A DNA stretch of 62,499 nt. Origin: a virus (lineage: Duplodnaviria > Caudoviricetes). The stretch is from positions 1-62,499 of IMG/VR virus record IMGVR_UViG_3300042504_001487. One strand, 5' to 3'. This document shows, piece after piece, positions 40,304 to 49,821 of the stretch. A model generated the notes under the pieces. That model had not been told where the DNA came from, did no database searches, and saw nothing but the letters and a program-made list of their open reading frames with translations. Each line of letters starts with the position of its first letter. The stretch's first letter is position 1. The position numbers and the translations under genes were made by a program.

Positions 40304-40852
40304 TCAGGTATTCTGTGCCTTGGACGGGCGGTTGTCCACGAGTGTTCCGTGCTTCCGGGCGTCGAGCACGATGCCGCAGCCAGCCGCGACACAGCCGAGG
40401 TGGTGTGCCCCAGTGTCAGGGTCGATGTCTTCGCCTTCAATCAGGCAGTCGATGTGCCGTTTCATCGCACCGAGATAGGTCATCAACTCGACCTTGTTAT
40501 CCCTCCAATTCCAGGGTCCGTATTTCACCGCGCCCCGAGACAGGGCTTTCGCCACTTCGTCGTTGAGAGATGGCGGGATGAGTTGAAGCTGGGGTTTCTG
40601 GATGGCCTGCGAGGCTTTGGGGTCAGTGTTGGGTGTCATAATGGGGACGGCGTACCACGCATACGATGCCGCAACCTTCCCCTCGTCGCTTGAGATTTTC
40701 CACTCTGGTTTTGGTTGCAAGTCGTCCCACACCATCGCCCCTCGGGGGACGACGTGGGGAATGTCGTTCCCCCAGATTAGAGTGTAGCCTTCCGGCGCTG
40801 TTGGTTTGTCGTCGTTTTTCATGGTGTCTGTGTGGTTAAATTTCATCCCCAA
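40304..40852 (-). CDS. dATP/dGTP diphosphohydrolase-like (DUF5664) protein
   Basis: GAVKYGPWNWR...AMKRH...DPDTGAHHL; start uncertain. Confidence 0.8.
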   Translation of the reverse strand: MGMKFNHTDTMKNDDKPTAPEGYTLIWGNDIPHVVPRGAMVWDDLQPKPEWKISSDEGKVAASYAWYAVPIMTPNTDPKASQAIQKPQLQLIPPSLNDEVAKALSRGAVKYGPWNWRDNKVELMTYLGAMKRHIDCLIEGEDIDPDTGAHHLGCVAAGCGIVLDARKHGTLVDNRPSKAQNT

Positions 40853-42279
40853 AAATCCTCCTCGTTAAACTCTGGTTCCTCCACTGGCACAAACTTCAAG
40901 GGTTTGCCTTTGCGGTCGCCTTCAAGCAACATCAGGGCGGTGAGTAGCCGCTGCTCCGTGTTGCGCTTTTCTTCTAGCACCTCGGCCACAACATCGTCCA
41001 CGGTATCTGGCACCATCAAACGATAAACTGTGACTACGTCTTTCTGTCCCCGCCGATGGAGACGTGCGATGGTCTGCTCATAGCACTCACGCGAGTAAGT
41101 AAGGGACATCCACACCATGGTCTGTGAACCGGTTTGGAGATTTAGACCGTGGCCCATCGACATCGGGTGCCCGACCAACATCGGAATCTCTTTACGGTTC
41201 CATTGCGAGATCATTTGCATCTGCAATGCCGGTGTTTTCGCATCGGCAAAAAAGCGGGCCTGCGGAAACTTGCGACGGATACGGTCTTGCTCGTGTTTGA
41301 AATCACAGATCACCAGCAGCGGCCCTTTGGTTTGCTTTGCTATCTTGGCTAGAGCGGCGGTCTTGCAGTCGTGGACCTCGTGGACCTTCTTCTCGCCGTC
41401 GTAGATGGCACCGGAGGTGAACTGCAACAGCTTGCGCACGAGCACGGCGGCGTTGGCTGCGGTGATCTGCACTTCCGACCGAAGTTCGAGGATCAGTTCT
41501 TTCTTGAACTCCTCGTACTGCTCCAAGACGTGTTCCGGCAACTTAACCTCCACGTCCTCAATGTGGCAGTCCGGCAAATCTTTGAGCCAGTCGGACGTAC
41601 GCAGGGTGAGAGTGATGTCGGCAATGCGCTGGTCGATGCGTTCGGCTGCCCCGGGTATCGGCTCCCAGTTGTATTGCTGGTAATCGGTGGCGGCGAAGTA
41701 GGTTTTCTTGAAGAGGTCGAAGCTGCGTCCAAGGCGTTGCCCGTCATCAAGCAGCCGCACTTGGGCAAACAGATCGAGGAGACTGTTGGGCGCTGGAGTT
41801 CCAGTCATCGCGACTCGGTGCTTCACTTGCGGTAGCTCGCGACGAAGCAGGTTGATTCGTTTGCTGGCAGGATTTTTCGTACGGGTTGACTCGTCGTACA
41901 CGATCATCTGGTAAGGCACTGTGCCGCCGCGCTTCTCTACCAGCTTCACCAACATCGGGATGGCCTCGTAGTTCACAACATACACATCAGCCTGACCGGC
42001 GATGAAGGCGCGACGACCCAACGGCGTACGCAGGTTGGCGACTTTGAGGTGCTGGAATTGTTCCCATTGCTGCACCTCCATCGGCCACGTCAAATTACAC
42101 ACTCGCACCGGGGCGACGACCAGCATGGCCTCAACCTCCAGGTTTTGCTGCAACTGGCAGAAAGCGGAAAGGATACTAGAAGACTTACCTATTCCCATGC
42201 CTACGAGGGCAAACACGACATCTTGGTTGACGATCTTGTCGATCATCAGTTTTTGAGGCGGTTCGGGTGTAAAATTCAC
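40843..42279 (-). CDS. SNF2-family helicase; ends EEDFWG
   Basis: MGIGKS, DES, TGTP, GHGLNLQ and QTIARLHR motifs. Confidence 0.9.
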   Translation of the reverse strand: MNFTPEPPQKLMIDKIVNQDVVFALVGMGIGKSSSILSAFCQLQQNLEVEAMLVVAPVRVCNLTWPMEVQQWEQFQHLKVANLRTPLGRRAFIAGQADVYVVNYEAIPMLVKLVEKRGGTVPYQMIVYDESTRTKNPASKRINLLRRELPQVKHRVAMTGTPAPNSLLDLFAQVRLLDDGQRLGRSFDLFKKTYFAATDYQQYNWEPIPGAAERIDQRIADITLTLRTSDWLKDLPDCHIEDVEVKLPEHVLEQYEEFKKELILELRSEVQITAANAAVLVRKLLQFTSGAIYDGEKKVHEVHDCKTAALAKIAKQTKGPLLVICDFKHEQDRIRRKFPQARFFADAKTPALQMQMISQWNRKEIPMLVGHPMSMGHGLNLQTGSQTMVWMSLTYSRECYEQTIARLHRRGQKDVVTVYRLMVPDTVDDVVAEVLEEKRNTEQRLLTALMLLEGDRKGKPLKFVPVEEPEFNEEDFWG

Positions 42280-42593
42280 GCCGCCCACCCCTCCACCGTG
42301 CGATACTCAATGGGACGCCCAGCAACCTGTGCCACACGGATGCCGTGCTCCATGCCTCGGCTTATGCCGCAGTCAGTGTACACGACGGTCTTGCTTGCTT
42401 GCCACGCCAGCCCTGCGGCAATGCCCATGGCACGGTCGGTCGGGTCTTCGTCGTCAAGCACCTGGGTATAGAGCAGGTGGCTAACCATGGGGGCTTCGCC
42501 ACGCAGCAGTGAGTCGCGCATAGCGGCACGGGCGTAACGGATGTGGAGTTGCGGATTGCCCGCGAAAGGAGATTCAAGAATTACGGTGGTCAT
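42276..42593 (-). CDS. Nucleoside deoxyribosyltransferase-like small phage protein
   Basis: VILESPFAG...EAPMVSHLLY...GISRGM. Confidence 0.6.
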   Translation of the reverse strand: MTTVILESPFAGNPQLHIRYARAAMRDSLLRGEAPMVSHLLYTQVLDDEDPTDRAMGIAAGLAWQASKTVVYTDCGISRGMEHGIRVAQVAGRPIEYRTVEGWAA

Positions 42594-42594
42594 G

Positions 42595-43092
42595 TCAGAA
42601 AGGGTCTCCGTCTTGTTCTGCGGCGTGCTGCCGTGCTCCGATCTTCTCATCGACAAACCGCTGCCGACGCTCGGCGTGTTCTTTCTGGACGTTCTCCGTG
42701 CATGTGATCACCTGAATGTTGCCTTCCTCGTATCCGAAGTCGCTGTTCTTGCGGTCAAGGTGCAGGCAGAACCTCTCCTTCCCCTTCTCGTCCATGTATC
42801 GGGTGGGCAACACGACTGCTTTGAACTGGTCAAAGGTCAGAGTGAAAACGATCTTCCGCTTACGGGCGGAAGCACGCAAGTTGTCGAACACGCAGTGGAT
42901 GGGGTTGTTCAACCTCCATTGCTGCTTGGCGTGCGACCCGCAAAGCTGAGTGCTGGTAGGGTGATCGGACAAATTCCTCGGTGCATTGCGGCACCGGCTG
43001 ACGGGACAACGGCCCGGTATCTTTTTCTTGCGCAGCTTCATGCAGGTTCTGGTTCTCCGATTCGGCGTTCGGATGTGTTTCAATACGCCCAC
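42595..43092 (-). CDS. HNH-type endonuclease
   Basis: HLDRKNSDFGYEEGNIQVITCTEN; start may be internal (MKLRKK). Confidence 0.7.
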   Translation of the reverse strand: MGVLKHIRTPNRRTRTCMKLRKKKIPGRCPVSRCRNAPRNLSDHPTSTQLCGSHAKQQWRLNNPIHCVFDNLRASARKRKIVFTLTFDQFKAVVLPTRYMDEKGKERFCLHLDRKNSDFGYEEGNIQVITCTENVQKEHAERRQRFVDEKIGARQHAAEQDGDPF

Positions 43093-43712
43093 TTGGCATC
43101 TCCAAGGATTTCGTCAGAATCAGACCACCACTCGTCCCACTGGCTATTTGTTGCCACGCTCCAATCAGGAATGGTTGCGGCTGCGTCTTTGCCGGTCAGT
43201 GAAACTGGCATCCACTTGATTCGGTTATTCGGATAAATTGCGATCTGCCCGTTGGATAATTTGATGACATTGCCCTCCTTATGCTCTTCAAGCAACTCTG
43301 AGTCACCTACGTCCAGGAGGCCAGATGATTGCCCTTCTGGCAGGTGGTCGATGGTGAACCAGTAGTGACCTCCTATCGGTGGATTGCCTTTGCCAAGGTT
43401 AACCAAAACTGGCACGTCGCTTAACTGATCCTTGCGCCAAAGCTCAATGGAACCAGACAGGCATTCCCACATCTGGATTTTGTGCAGAGGCAGCGGTTTG
43501 TGATCGTCTTCTGGTTCATACCAATAGACGCACTGAGGTGGAATCTTATCGAAACAGGCGGCGTATTTCTCCACCCATGCTTGGAAGCAAAATGGACGGT
43601 TACGCATCGCTCGAACTGAGACGAGCCATGCTGGTTCAAATTCGTCTTCTGGGCCACCGAAGGCGTCACAGCGGATATATACTTTTGTTTTGGGCAAGTT
43701 GATGTTTCGCAT
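43080..43712 (-). CDS. Hypothetical W-rich protein
   Basis: 210-aa ORF with lower GC. Confidence 0.65.
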   Translation of the reverse strand: MRNINLPKTKVYIRCDAFGGPEDEFEPAWLVSVRAMRNRPFCFQAWVEKYAACFDKIPPQCVYWYEPEDDHKPLPLHKIQMWECLSGSIELWRKDQLSDVPVLVNLGKGNPPIGGHYWFTIDHLPEGQSSGLLDVGDSELLEEHKEGNVIKLSNGQIAIYPNNRIKWMPVSLTGKDAAATIPDWSVATNSQWDEWWSDSDEILGDAKWAY

Positions 43713-43843
43713 ATTTTATTGGATGTTTAGGGTTGGGCTGAGAGCTTCTGCGCGGACTAGGCAACGGACGGTGGAGAGAGTGTCGGAGAGAATGAGTGGC
43801 ATATCGTTGAGCTTCGTTAGTCATTGATGTTTTAGTTGTTGCT

Positions 43844-44155
43844 TCATTTCCAGAACCCTCCTTCACGGACTAAGTTGTCAATGAACTGCTTGCCGTCGTG
43901 GACGTTGTCGCACCAGCCGACGTTGGCCCCAGCTTTCGTCAGCAGTTCCATCTCGTGCTCTTGCGCTTTGGTGGGCTTGCACCCGCCGCGCTTGACTTCC
44001 AGAAAGCCGACCGCACCACCTGGGGCGATGATCAGCCGATCAGGCACCGAACGATTGTTGGGTGAGACGAACTTGCGAACGTAGCAACCTTTGGACTTGG
44101 CGTAGTCGCAGATTTTTTTCTCGATCTCCTTTTCAAGCTGTGGTGGTGTATTCAT
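43844..44155 (-). CDS. VRR-NUC nuclease; ends EGGFWK
   Basis: EKEIEK...VPDRLI...FLEVK...PTKAQ. Confidence 0.85.
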   Translation of the reverse strand: MNTPPQLEKEIEKKICDYAKSKGCYVRKFVSPNNRSVPDRLIIAPGGAVGFLEVKRGGCKPTKAQEHEMELLTKAGANVGWCDNVHDGKQFIDNLVREGGFWK

Positions 44156-44295
44156 CTCCTTCTCCTCTTTTTGGTTTTGCTGTTGTGGCGTTGCGTCCGA
44201 CATTCGGGGCACAGTAAAAAGTCGGCTGACTGTTTCTGCAACTCGAATGTTCCGCCGCACCGACAAATACGTTTTCTGGTGTTTGCTATGATCAT
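44152..44295 (-). CDS. 47-aa Zn-ribbon protein (not in ORF track)
   Basis: CRCGG...CPEC with basic tail; ATGA coupling to VRR-NUC. Confidence 0.55.
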   Translation of the reverse strand: MIIANTRKRICRCGGTFELQKQSADFLLCPECRTQRHNSKTKKRRRR

Positions 44296-44299
44296 GACA

Positions 44300-46471
44300 T
44301 CACTTGGTGTAATAGGGTTGAACTTGACCGTCGGCTGCCACGGGCAAGCCTTTCGTCCATTCAGGCACGTCTGTCATGAGTCCGACGAGTTCTTCGATGG
44401 ACTGGTTTTTGCGGGTGTAAGCGAGAATCTGGTCATGGATCAGCGAGCACACCTCGTAGCCTGCTTCTTCCGCTTTGATGATGCCGTTGTTGAGCAGGTC
44501 AGCGCCGACACCTTCTGTAAAGTTCTGCATCAGCAAGCCGCCGAAAAGTCCACATCTCCCCCAGATAGCTTTGCCGCGAATTTGACCCCAGTAGGTGAGC
44601 GATTGGCGTGTCTTCACTCGACCGTCAGGCCATTGCTCGATCTTGCCTGTCTTCTTGTCACGCACCACGGTCTCCTCAATTTTTGGGCCGCGATAAGCCA
44701 GACGGCGTCCAGAAGGAAGTTTGGCGAACAAATACTTGGAACCAGCAGTGACGGCACAGAAAAACTCGATACGGTAAGCAGTATGGCGGCTGCCGAAATT
44801 CGTCACGGCATTTTTGGCAGCACGGTCGTAGGCGTACCACGCTTTGACGATGTTCGGGTTGGCCTCGCGCCACTGATCCACGATCTCCTGCAATTTGTTT
44901 TCTCTGGCCTTCTCCACCCACATCGCTTTGTCTTTGGAAGACAAGTCCTCTACAAGTCCAACAGGCTTGCCGTTCGTCGTGCATCTGTCGAGGAAAGCCT
45001 GCAACTCATCTTCCGTGACATCGAAATCCATGCCATTCGCCTGCGCCATGGACAGCAGCGCGTCAGGTCCGCCCATGAATCCCAAAGCCAACTCTGAAAT
45101 TTTACCCTTCTGTCTGTCGGGGTGATGTTTGCCGTGCTCTTTGGCATAGTCGAGCATCTCCTGCAACGGCATCCCAGTCATGCGGCAAATAGTCGCCTCG
45201 TAAATCTTTCCGTGGGTGCGAAACACTTCCAACTTCCACTCCTCGTTTGCCAACCATGCCGCGATACGGGCTTCAATGCTGCTGAAGTCCACGTCGAAAA
45301 TCGGACCAGTTTCGTCGTGAATGAAGTGACGGATGCACGAGCCGATGACCTCCAGCAGAGGTCCGTAGAACAGTTCGATGTGTGCCTCGCTCTCACCTGT
45401 CATGATGTCGGCGTACGCGGCGTCGGTGTTCTTGATGGTCGGGCGTTTGAAGTTCTGCGGCTGAACCAGTCTGCCGGACGCACGCCCTGGACCTGCCCCG
45501 TAGAACTGGATGGTGCCGCGCACGCGACCGTCGGCGCAAGCGCACTCGATCATCGCCTTCACCTTCTTGATGCTGGCGAAGCTCAATGACTTCTTGATTT
45601 GCAGCACACGTCCCACCTCTGAGGTAGGGTCGAACTCCACAGACTCAAGCTGCTCGTCCAGCGTGTCGGCGCGGAGGTTGTCCCCCTCAAACCCGTGATC
45701 CTTGAGCCACTTTAGGAGAACGTCGCGCTGCGTCGGGTTGAATCCGGTGAGTTGCCGAAACTCCTCCGTCATGCGGGCCTCGTTGGCTTCGATCAGCGAT
45801 TGCGCGTGACGCAGGGCAGGCAAGTTGACCGGCAAGCCTCGGCTGTTGATTGCCATGTCGGCCTGAAACGCAGCCAACGTGTCGCCGGTCAACTCGAAGT
45901 GCTTCAGAGCTTTGTGGATGCCCTGTTCTACGCGAACGTCTTGAACGCAGTATTCGCAAAAAGCGATGAAGTCGTCTTGCCGGTAGATGGGGTGGATAAA
46001 CTCGCCGGTGGCTTTCTGCGGGATGGAGAATTTGCGGATCAGTGCTTTGCCTTTGCTGTCTTTCTGCTGAAGCAGTCCGAGTGTTTCGGCGGCTTTCTCC
46101 AACGACGGCGGGATTGCAGCACGCCGGGACATCGCAGCGGTGCAGCGCCAACGGCTTATGTCGATCTGGAACCAACGATTGTTTGGGCAGTGGTTGGTGA
46201 TCGCCTGTTCAAAGTATGCGTTGTGCGCGTACACCGGAGCATCGCTGTTGTTCATCTCGTTGATCAAATCCATCGCTCCAGGAGAAGATTCGCACACGCT
46301 CATGTCGTCGAACGTGAAAAATGGATTGACCCACAGCAGAGGTTCGCCGTCGTCCTTTGCCACAGCGGCACACAGGATCTCGGTGGACGGGTCTTCCGCG
46401 TAACGGAAAGCGCCTGTGCGCTTGATGTCCGCCATCGAACGTGTCTCAAAGTCTAAATGCCATGCTGTCAT
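44300..46471 (-). CDS. Family A DNA polymerase with 3'-5' exonuclease
   Basis: LDFETRS, AHNA, QPQNF, DFSSIEAR, RQKGKISELALGF, IHDQI. Confidence 0.92.
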   Translation of the reverse strand: MTAWHLDFETRSMADIKRTGAFRYAEDPSTEILCAAVAKDDGEPLLWVNPFFTFDDMSVCESSPGAMDLINEMNNSDAPVYAHNAYFEQAITNHCPNNRWFQIDISRWRCTAAMSRRAAIPPSLEKAAETLGLLQQKDSKGKALIRKFSIPQKATGEFIHPIYRQDDFIAFCEYCVQDVRVEQGIHKALKHFELTGDTLAAFQADMAINSRGLPVNLPALRHAQSLIEANEARMTEEFRQLTGFNPTQRDVLLKWLKDHGFEGDNLRADTLDEQLESVEFDPTSEVGRVLQIKKSLSFASIKKVKAMIECACADGRVRGTIQFYGAGPGRASGRLVQPQNFKRPTIKNTDAAYADIMTGESEAHIELFYGPLLEVIGSCIRHFIHDETGPIFDVDFSSIEARIAAWLANEEWKLEVFRTHGKIYEATICRMTGMPLQEMLDYAKEHGKHHPDRQKGKISELALGFMGGPDALLSMAQANGMDFDVTEDELQAFLDRCTTNGKPVGLVEDLSSKDKAMWVEKARENKLQEIVDQWREANPNIVKAWYAYDRAAKNAVTNFGSRHTAYRIEFFCAVTAGSKYLFAKLPSGRRLAYRGPKIEETVVRDKKTGKIEQWPDGRVKTRQSLTYWGQIRGKAIWGRCGLFGGLLMQNFTEGVGADLLNNGIIKAEEAGYEVCSLIHDQILAYTRKNQSIEELVGLMTDVPEWTKGLPVAADGQVQPYYTK

Positions 46472-46592
46472 ACGGGTTCGTCGTGTTAAAATTGGTGTCA
46501 GCGCCAAGGATACCAAGCAGGCTGACGGCTACTCCGATAGAAAGGGGGAATACAGAACCCTTGGTCGTGACTCTCTTGGCTTATCAAATTGA

Positions 46593-46835
46593 TCAGCAGC
46601 CCCACCGTTTCCGCGCTGCTTTGCCGCGTTCACCGTTCCACCCGCTAGAGCGAGCGCAGAAGCTGGCCTTCCGGCCCTTGTCCGCATCGGTCTTGGGGTT
46701 CGGTGCTGGCGGCTTGAGGTTGGAGCCGGTAGCCGCGTTGTATTTTGCACGGCCCTTGGCGGTTAATCCTGCACCTTTGGACACAGGCAACTTCTCGCCT
46801 CGTCCGACACTGAGATTTGGTTTCTTGTCCGGCAT
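46593..46835 (-). CDS. Small basic conserved phage protein
   Basis: GLTAKGRAKYN...RKASFCAR...RWGC. Confidence 0.7.
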   Translation of the reverse strand: MPDKKPNLSVGRGEKLPVSKGAGLTAKGRAKYNAATGSNLKPPAPNPKTDADKGRKASFCARSSGWNGERGKAARKRWGC

Positions 46836-46929
46836 GATGTTTGAAGATTGATGGTGGTGAGACGCTTTGCACGTCTCCGAGGGTCACGATTGATTAGTGA
46901 GAATCTGCACCCTTACATTTCTCAATCCT

Positions 46930-47553
46930 TTACATGTCGTCGATGTCCAGATCGGCGGCAGGTTTCTTGGCAGCCGGTTTGGCGGCGGGAGCGGCTTCGG
47001 ACTCGTCGTCCAGGTTCACACCAGCAAACTCAGATTCGGCGTCCACCGGAGCAGCGCCAAACGCTTCGCCGTCGGCGTGGAAGATCACCACGCGCAACTC
47101 AGCGTTGATACGCTTGCCGTACTTGTTGTCCATGGCCCAAAGGCGCACGGAGGCGTGTACGTAGCAGCCAGCGTAGGGCTTGTTGTCCTCTGCGGTCAGA
47201 GGCTCGAACGCCTTGTTAACCACGCGGGGTTTGCGGTCCTGCTTGGAACTGGCGGACAAGAACATGACGCCGTCGCCATATCCATCGCTGCCGTCTCGCT
47301 CGGAGCCGTCGCGGAGGCACAGCTTGATGCCGCCCGGAGTTTTGCCCTTCCACTTGTCCTTCTTGAGGGAGTCGATGCGGGCCTCGACGGCTTTGATGGC
47401 TTCAGCGTTGGCCTTCTTGTCGAGGATGAAGTTGGCGCTGTAGAAAGGATCTCCGCCTTCGTCACCAAAGGGTGCGGGCTTGAAGATTTTCGGGTAAGAC
47501 AACCTGACGTTTTTCAGCAGGATGACGTTTGGATCAGTTACGGCTTGGCTCAT
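46930..47553 (-). CDS. ssDNA-binding protein (DUF2815-like)
   Basis: NVRLSYP...LRDG...YAGCYV...DGEAFG with acidic tail. Confidence 0.85.
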   Translation of the reverse strand: MSQAVTDPNVILLKNVRLSYPKIFKPAPFGDEGGDPFYSANFILDKKANAEAIKAVEARIDSLKKDKWKGKTPGGIKLCLRDGSERDGSDGYGDGVMFLSASSKQDRKPRVVNKAFEPLTAEDNKPYAGCYVHASVRLWAMDNKYGKRINAELRVVIFHADGEAFGAAPVDAESEFAGVNLDDESEAAPAAKPAAKKPAADLDIDDM

Positions 47554-47648
47554 GTTAGTATGTTTTCGGTTTGGTGTTTCTCGGGTCGCCGCGTTGTGCG
47601 GTAGAGGCTGAATATCCACAGAGGATTCTGCGGGTCAACCCCAAAGTG

Positions 47649-48848
47649 TTATGCTTCGTTCAAATCTACTCCAGCGAAGTCGCCGGTCAGGTCGCTCTGA
47701 TACGTCTTGCGTGGGTCGCTTTCAGGCACGGCCACCGGGGAGCCGGGCGGCTTGATGATCAGGCGTTGAAGCTCGACCATCTTCGCGCCTTTCATCTTGT
47801 CGGTGAGTTTCTCGGCCACGGCTGGCGTGATCACGTCAGACGGCGGATAGACTTCGTCGTGTGGAAGGTTCAGGCTGAGAAGCAGTTTCCCGGCAGCGAC
47901 GGGGTCGGTCCAGCGGCGGTGTCCGCCACGAGATAGCACCAGCTTGACGCCGGGCAGGGCTTTGCCGGAGATCAGACGGGCACTGACGAACTTCTCAATC
48001 TCTTTGAGCCAGTCCAGCAGCTTGTCGCGATTGATGAAGACCTGCGCTAGCCGTTCGTCGGTAATGGTGGGCGCTGCTGGAAGCGTGTTGCCCTCCAGTA
48101 CCTCCAGCACTTCGCTCTTGAAGTCCTCCAGCATGGCGTTGTTGTAGGTCTCGCAGATGGCGGCACCACGGCACCACTTGCAGATACTCGGACCGGACTT
48201 GAACACGCCGGGGTCTCCGCGCAAGATGGCTGCGGCTTTGGGCGTGATCCGTTCGTCGGTGAACTTCTTGAGTTCGCCCCAGTTGGTTGTCCAAGTGACG
48301 TGATCTTGCTCCAGCCGTGGCTGGAAGATGGTCATCGTGACGGGGTAAGAGTCGGCAGGCAGGTCCATCCAGAACCCGTCGAACATGGATTCGATCAAGC
48401 TGCGGGCGTAGATTGCCATTTGCAGGTTGTTCTCGCTCTCGACCGGGTCGTAGCCGTATTTGTAGTCAACAAGGTGGACGCCACCCTTGGTGATGGCGTG
48501 GAAGTCCACCGTGCCGCGTTCGCTGGGGAGGTAGTAGAGTGGCGCTCGGAACTCGGCACCCCAGCGAATCACGTCACGCTTCGGCCCCATGACTTCGTGG
48601 CAGAACTCGGCATACGCTTGGCCGTGACGCAGCATTTCTTTGCTGGCCCACTTGGGGGAGGGTTTGCCTAGCAGCAGGTATTCGGCAACCGTGTGGGCCT
48701 TCGTGCCTTCGATGGCGGACGGTCCTGACTCGTCAGGAGGAAGTCGATGCTCGTTAGCCTTGACGAAAGCAAGGGCAGCCGTGCATTCGGTCCAGGTGTG
48801 GGCTTTGGACGGTGAGAGGCGGGAGTGTTCGGGAGTGGTGTCGGCCAT
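47649..48848 (-). CDS. Cas4-like exonuclease (DUF2800)
   Basis: HSRLSPS...EGTKAH...GTVD...DYKYG...QMAIYA...CKWC. Confidence 0.85.
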   Translation of the reverse strand: MADTTPEHSRLSPSKAHTWTECTAALAFVKANEHRLPPDESGPSAIEGTKAHTVAEYLLLGKPSPKWASKEMLRHGQAYAEFCHEVMGPKRDVIRWGAEFRAPLYYLPSERGTVDFHAITKGGVHLVDYKYGYDPVESENNLQMAIYARSLIESMFDGFWMDLPADSYPVTMTIFQPRLEQDHVTWTTNWGELKKFTDERITPKAAAILRGDPGVFKSGPSICKWCRGAAICETYNNAMLEDFKSEVLEVLEGNTLPAAPTITDERLAQVFINRDKLLDWLKEIEKFVSARLISGKALPGVKLVLSRGGHRRWTDPVAAGKLLLSLNLPHDEVYPPSDVITPAVAEKLTDKMKGAKMVELQRLIIKPPGSPVAVPESDPRKTYQSDLTGDFAGVDLNEA

Positions 48849-48853
48849 GGGGA

Positions 48854-49099
48854 CTATTTGTTGAGTTCCGCGATAAGGCAAACCGCGTGGATGGTGGCTT
48901 TTTCAGCGATGTCTTCGTAAAAATCATATCCTTCTCCCGTCATGTCCGCATGGTCATGTTTTATCACCAACTGGTGGTTGGCGAGGAGTCCTTGCATTGC
49001 CATCGCAGCGAAGTATTCGCGTTTGGTGAGTCCCGCCAGAGACGGGTAATCTTTGTCTGTTTCTGTGGAGAAAGTGGGGGCTTCGGTATGAGTTTCCAT
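48854..49099 (-). CDS. Small conserved phage protein
   Basis: GLTKREYFAAMAMQGLLA motif. Confidence 0.75.
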   Translation of the reverse strand: METHTEAPTFSTETDKDYPSLAGLTKREYFAAMAMQGLLANHQLVIKHDHADMTGEGYDFYEDIAEKATIHAVCLIAELNK

Positions 49100-49161
49100 A
49101 GTTCTGTACCCAAAAAGCCGTCACCCCTTGCGGAGTGACGGCGGATTGCGGTGTGTCGGTC

Positions 49162-49821
49162 TTAGCCGAGGTCCACTTCTTTAGCTTGTGCGTCAGGGTC
49201 GGTGTCAACGGCACCGATCTTGATGGCGGCGGCGTGGATGTCGGCGTAATGCTCGGCGGCGATCTCAGACATGGTGTTGTAGTTGAACTTCTTCTGGAAG
49301 TAAGCCTTGAGCTTGAGCTTGCCTTCGTTCGGAAGAGTCTTCACGGTTTCGCGCAAGCGGGATTCGCTGATGGATGGAGCCTCAGGTTCCGGTGCGGGGG
49401 CTGGGGCAGTTTTGGCAGCCTTGGCTTTGACGGGTTTCTCGACGACGGGAGCCGGAGCTTCGGTGACGGCGGCTTTCGAGGGGACGCAGGCAGCGTGGTT
49501 GTTGATGGCTTCGATCAGCGGCCTGATGCAGATGTCGAAGAAGAGGGTGAAGATTTCTTTCATATTGTTGTTTTGTGTTTGGGTGTGTTGTTTTTCATCC
49601 TTCACCGAATTGCCGGTGATTGATTGAAAGTCGAAAGGGAGGGAACGGATAAAGCGGTTGTTGGCGTGATTGTAAAGGCGGAACAACTCGGGCTGTTGCT
49701 GGCAGATGTAGAGGAGTTTGCGTTGAAAAGCGAGGCCACGGGTGTAGCGGTCGCCGTCTGACAACTCGAATCCCCAGTCGTGGGTTTTGAGGAGAGCGAT
49801 GAAGTCGGCGGTCGGTATCAT
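49162..49821 (-). CDS. Hypothetical protein, possibly with internal start at 49563
   Basis: A/C-rich leader before ATG 49563; A/P/K-rich linker. Confidence 0.55.
   Translation of the reverse strand: MIPTADFIALLKTHDWGFELSDGDRYTRGLAFQRKLLYICQQQPELFRLYNHANNRFIRSLPFDFQSITGNSVKDEKQHTQTQNNNMKEIFTLFFDICIRPLIEAINNHAACVPSKAAVTEAPAPVVEKPVKAKAAKTAPAPAPEPEAPSISESRLRETVKTLPNEGKLKLKAYFQKKFNYNTMSEIAAEHYADIHAAAIKIGAVDTDPDAQAKEVDLG

Noticed and set aside
43713-43830. Possible additional attC (CGTTGAGCTTCGTTAGTC)
   Set aside because: No matching left arm or complementary R'' found
40304-46471. Z-genome (2-aminoadenine) or 7-deazaguanine system
   Set aside because: No PurZ, QueC/D/E, FolE or DpdA-like genes recognised
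46480-46920. tRNA or ncRNA around the small basic gene
   Set aside because: Only short stems; no cloverleaf or T-loop recognised
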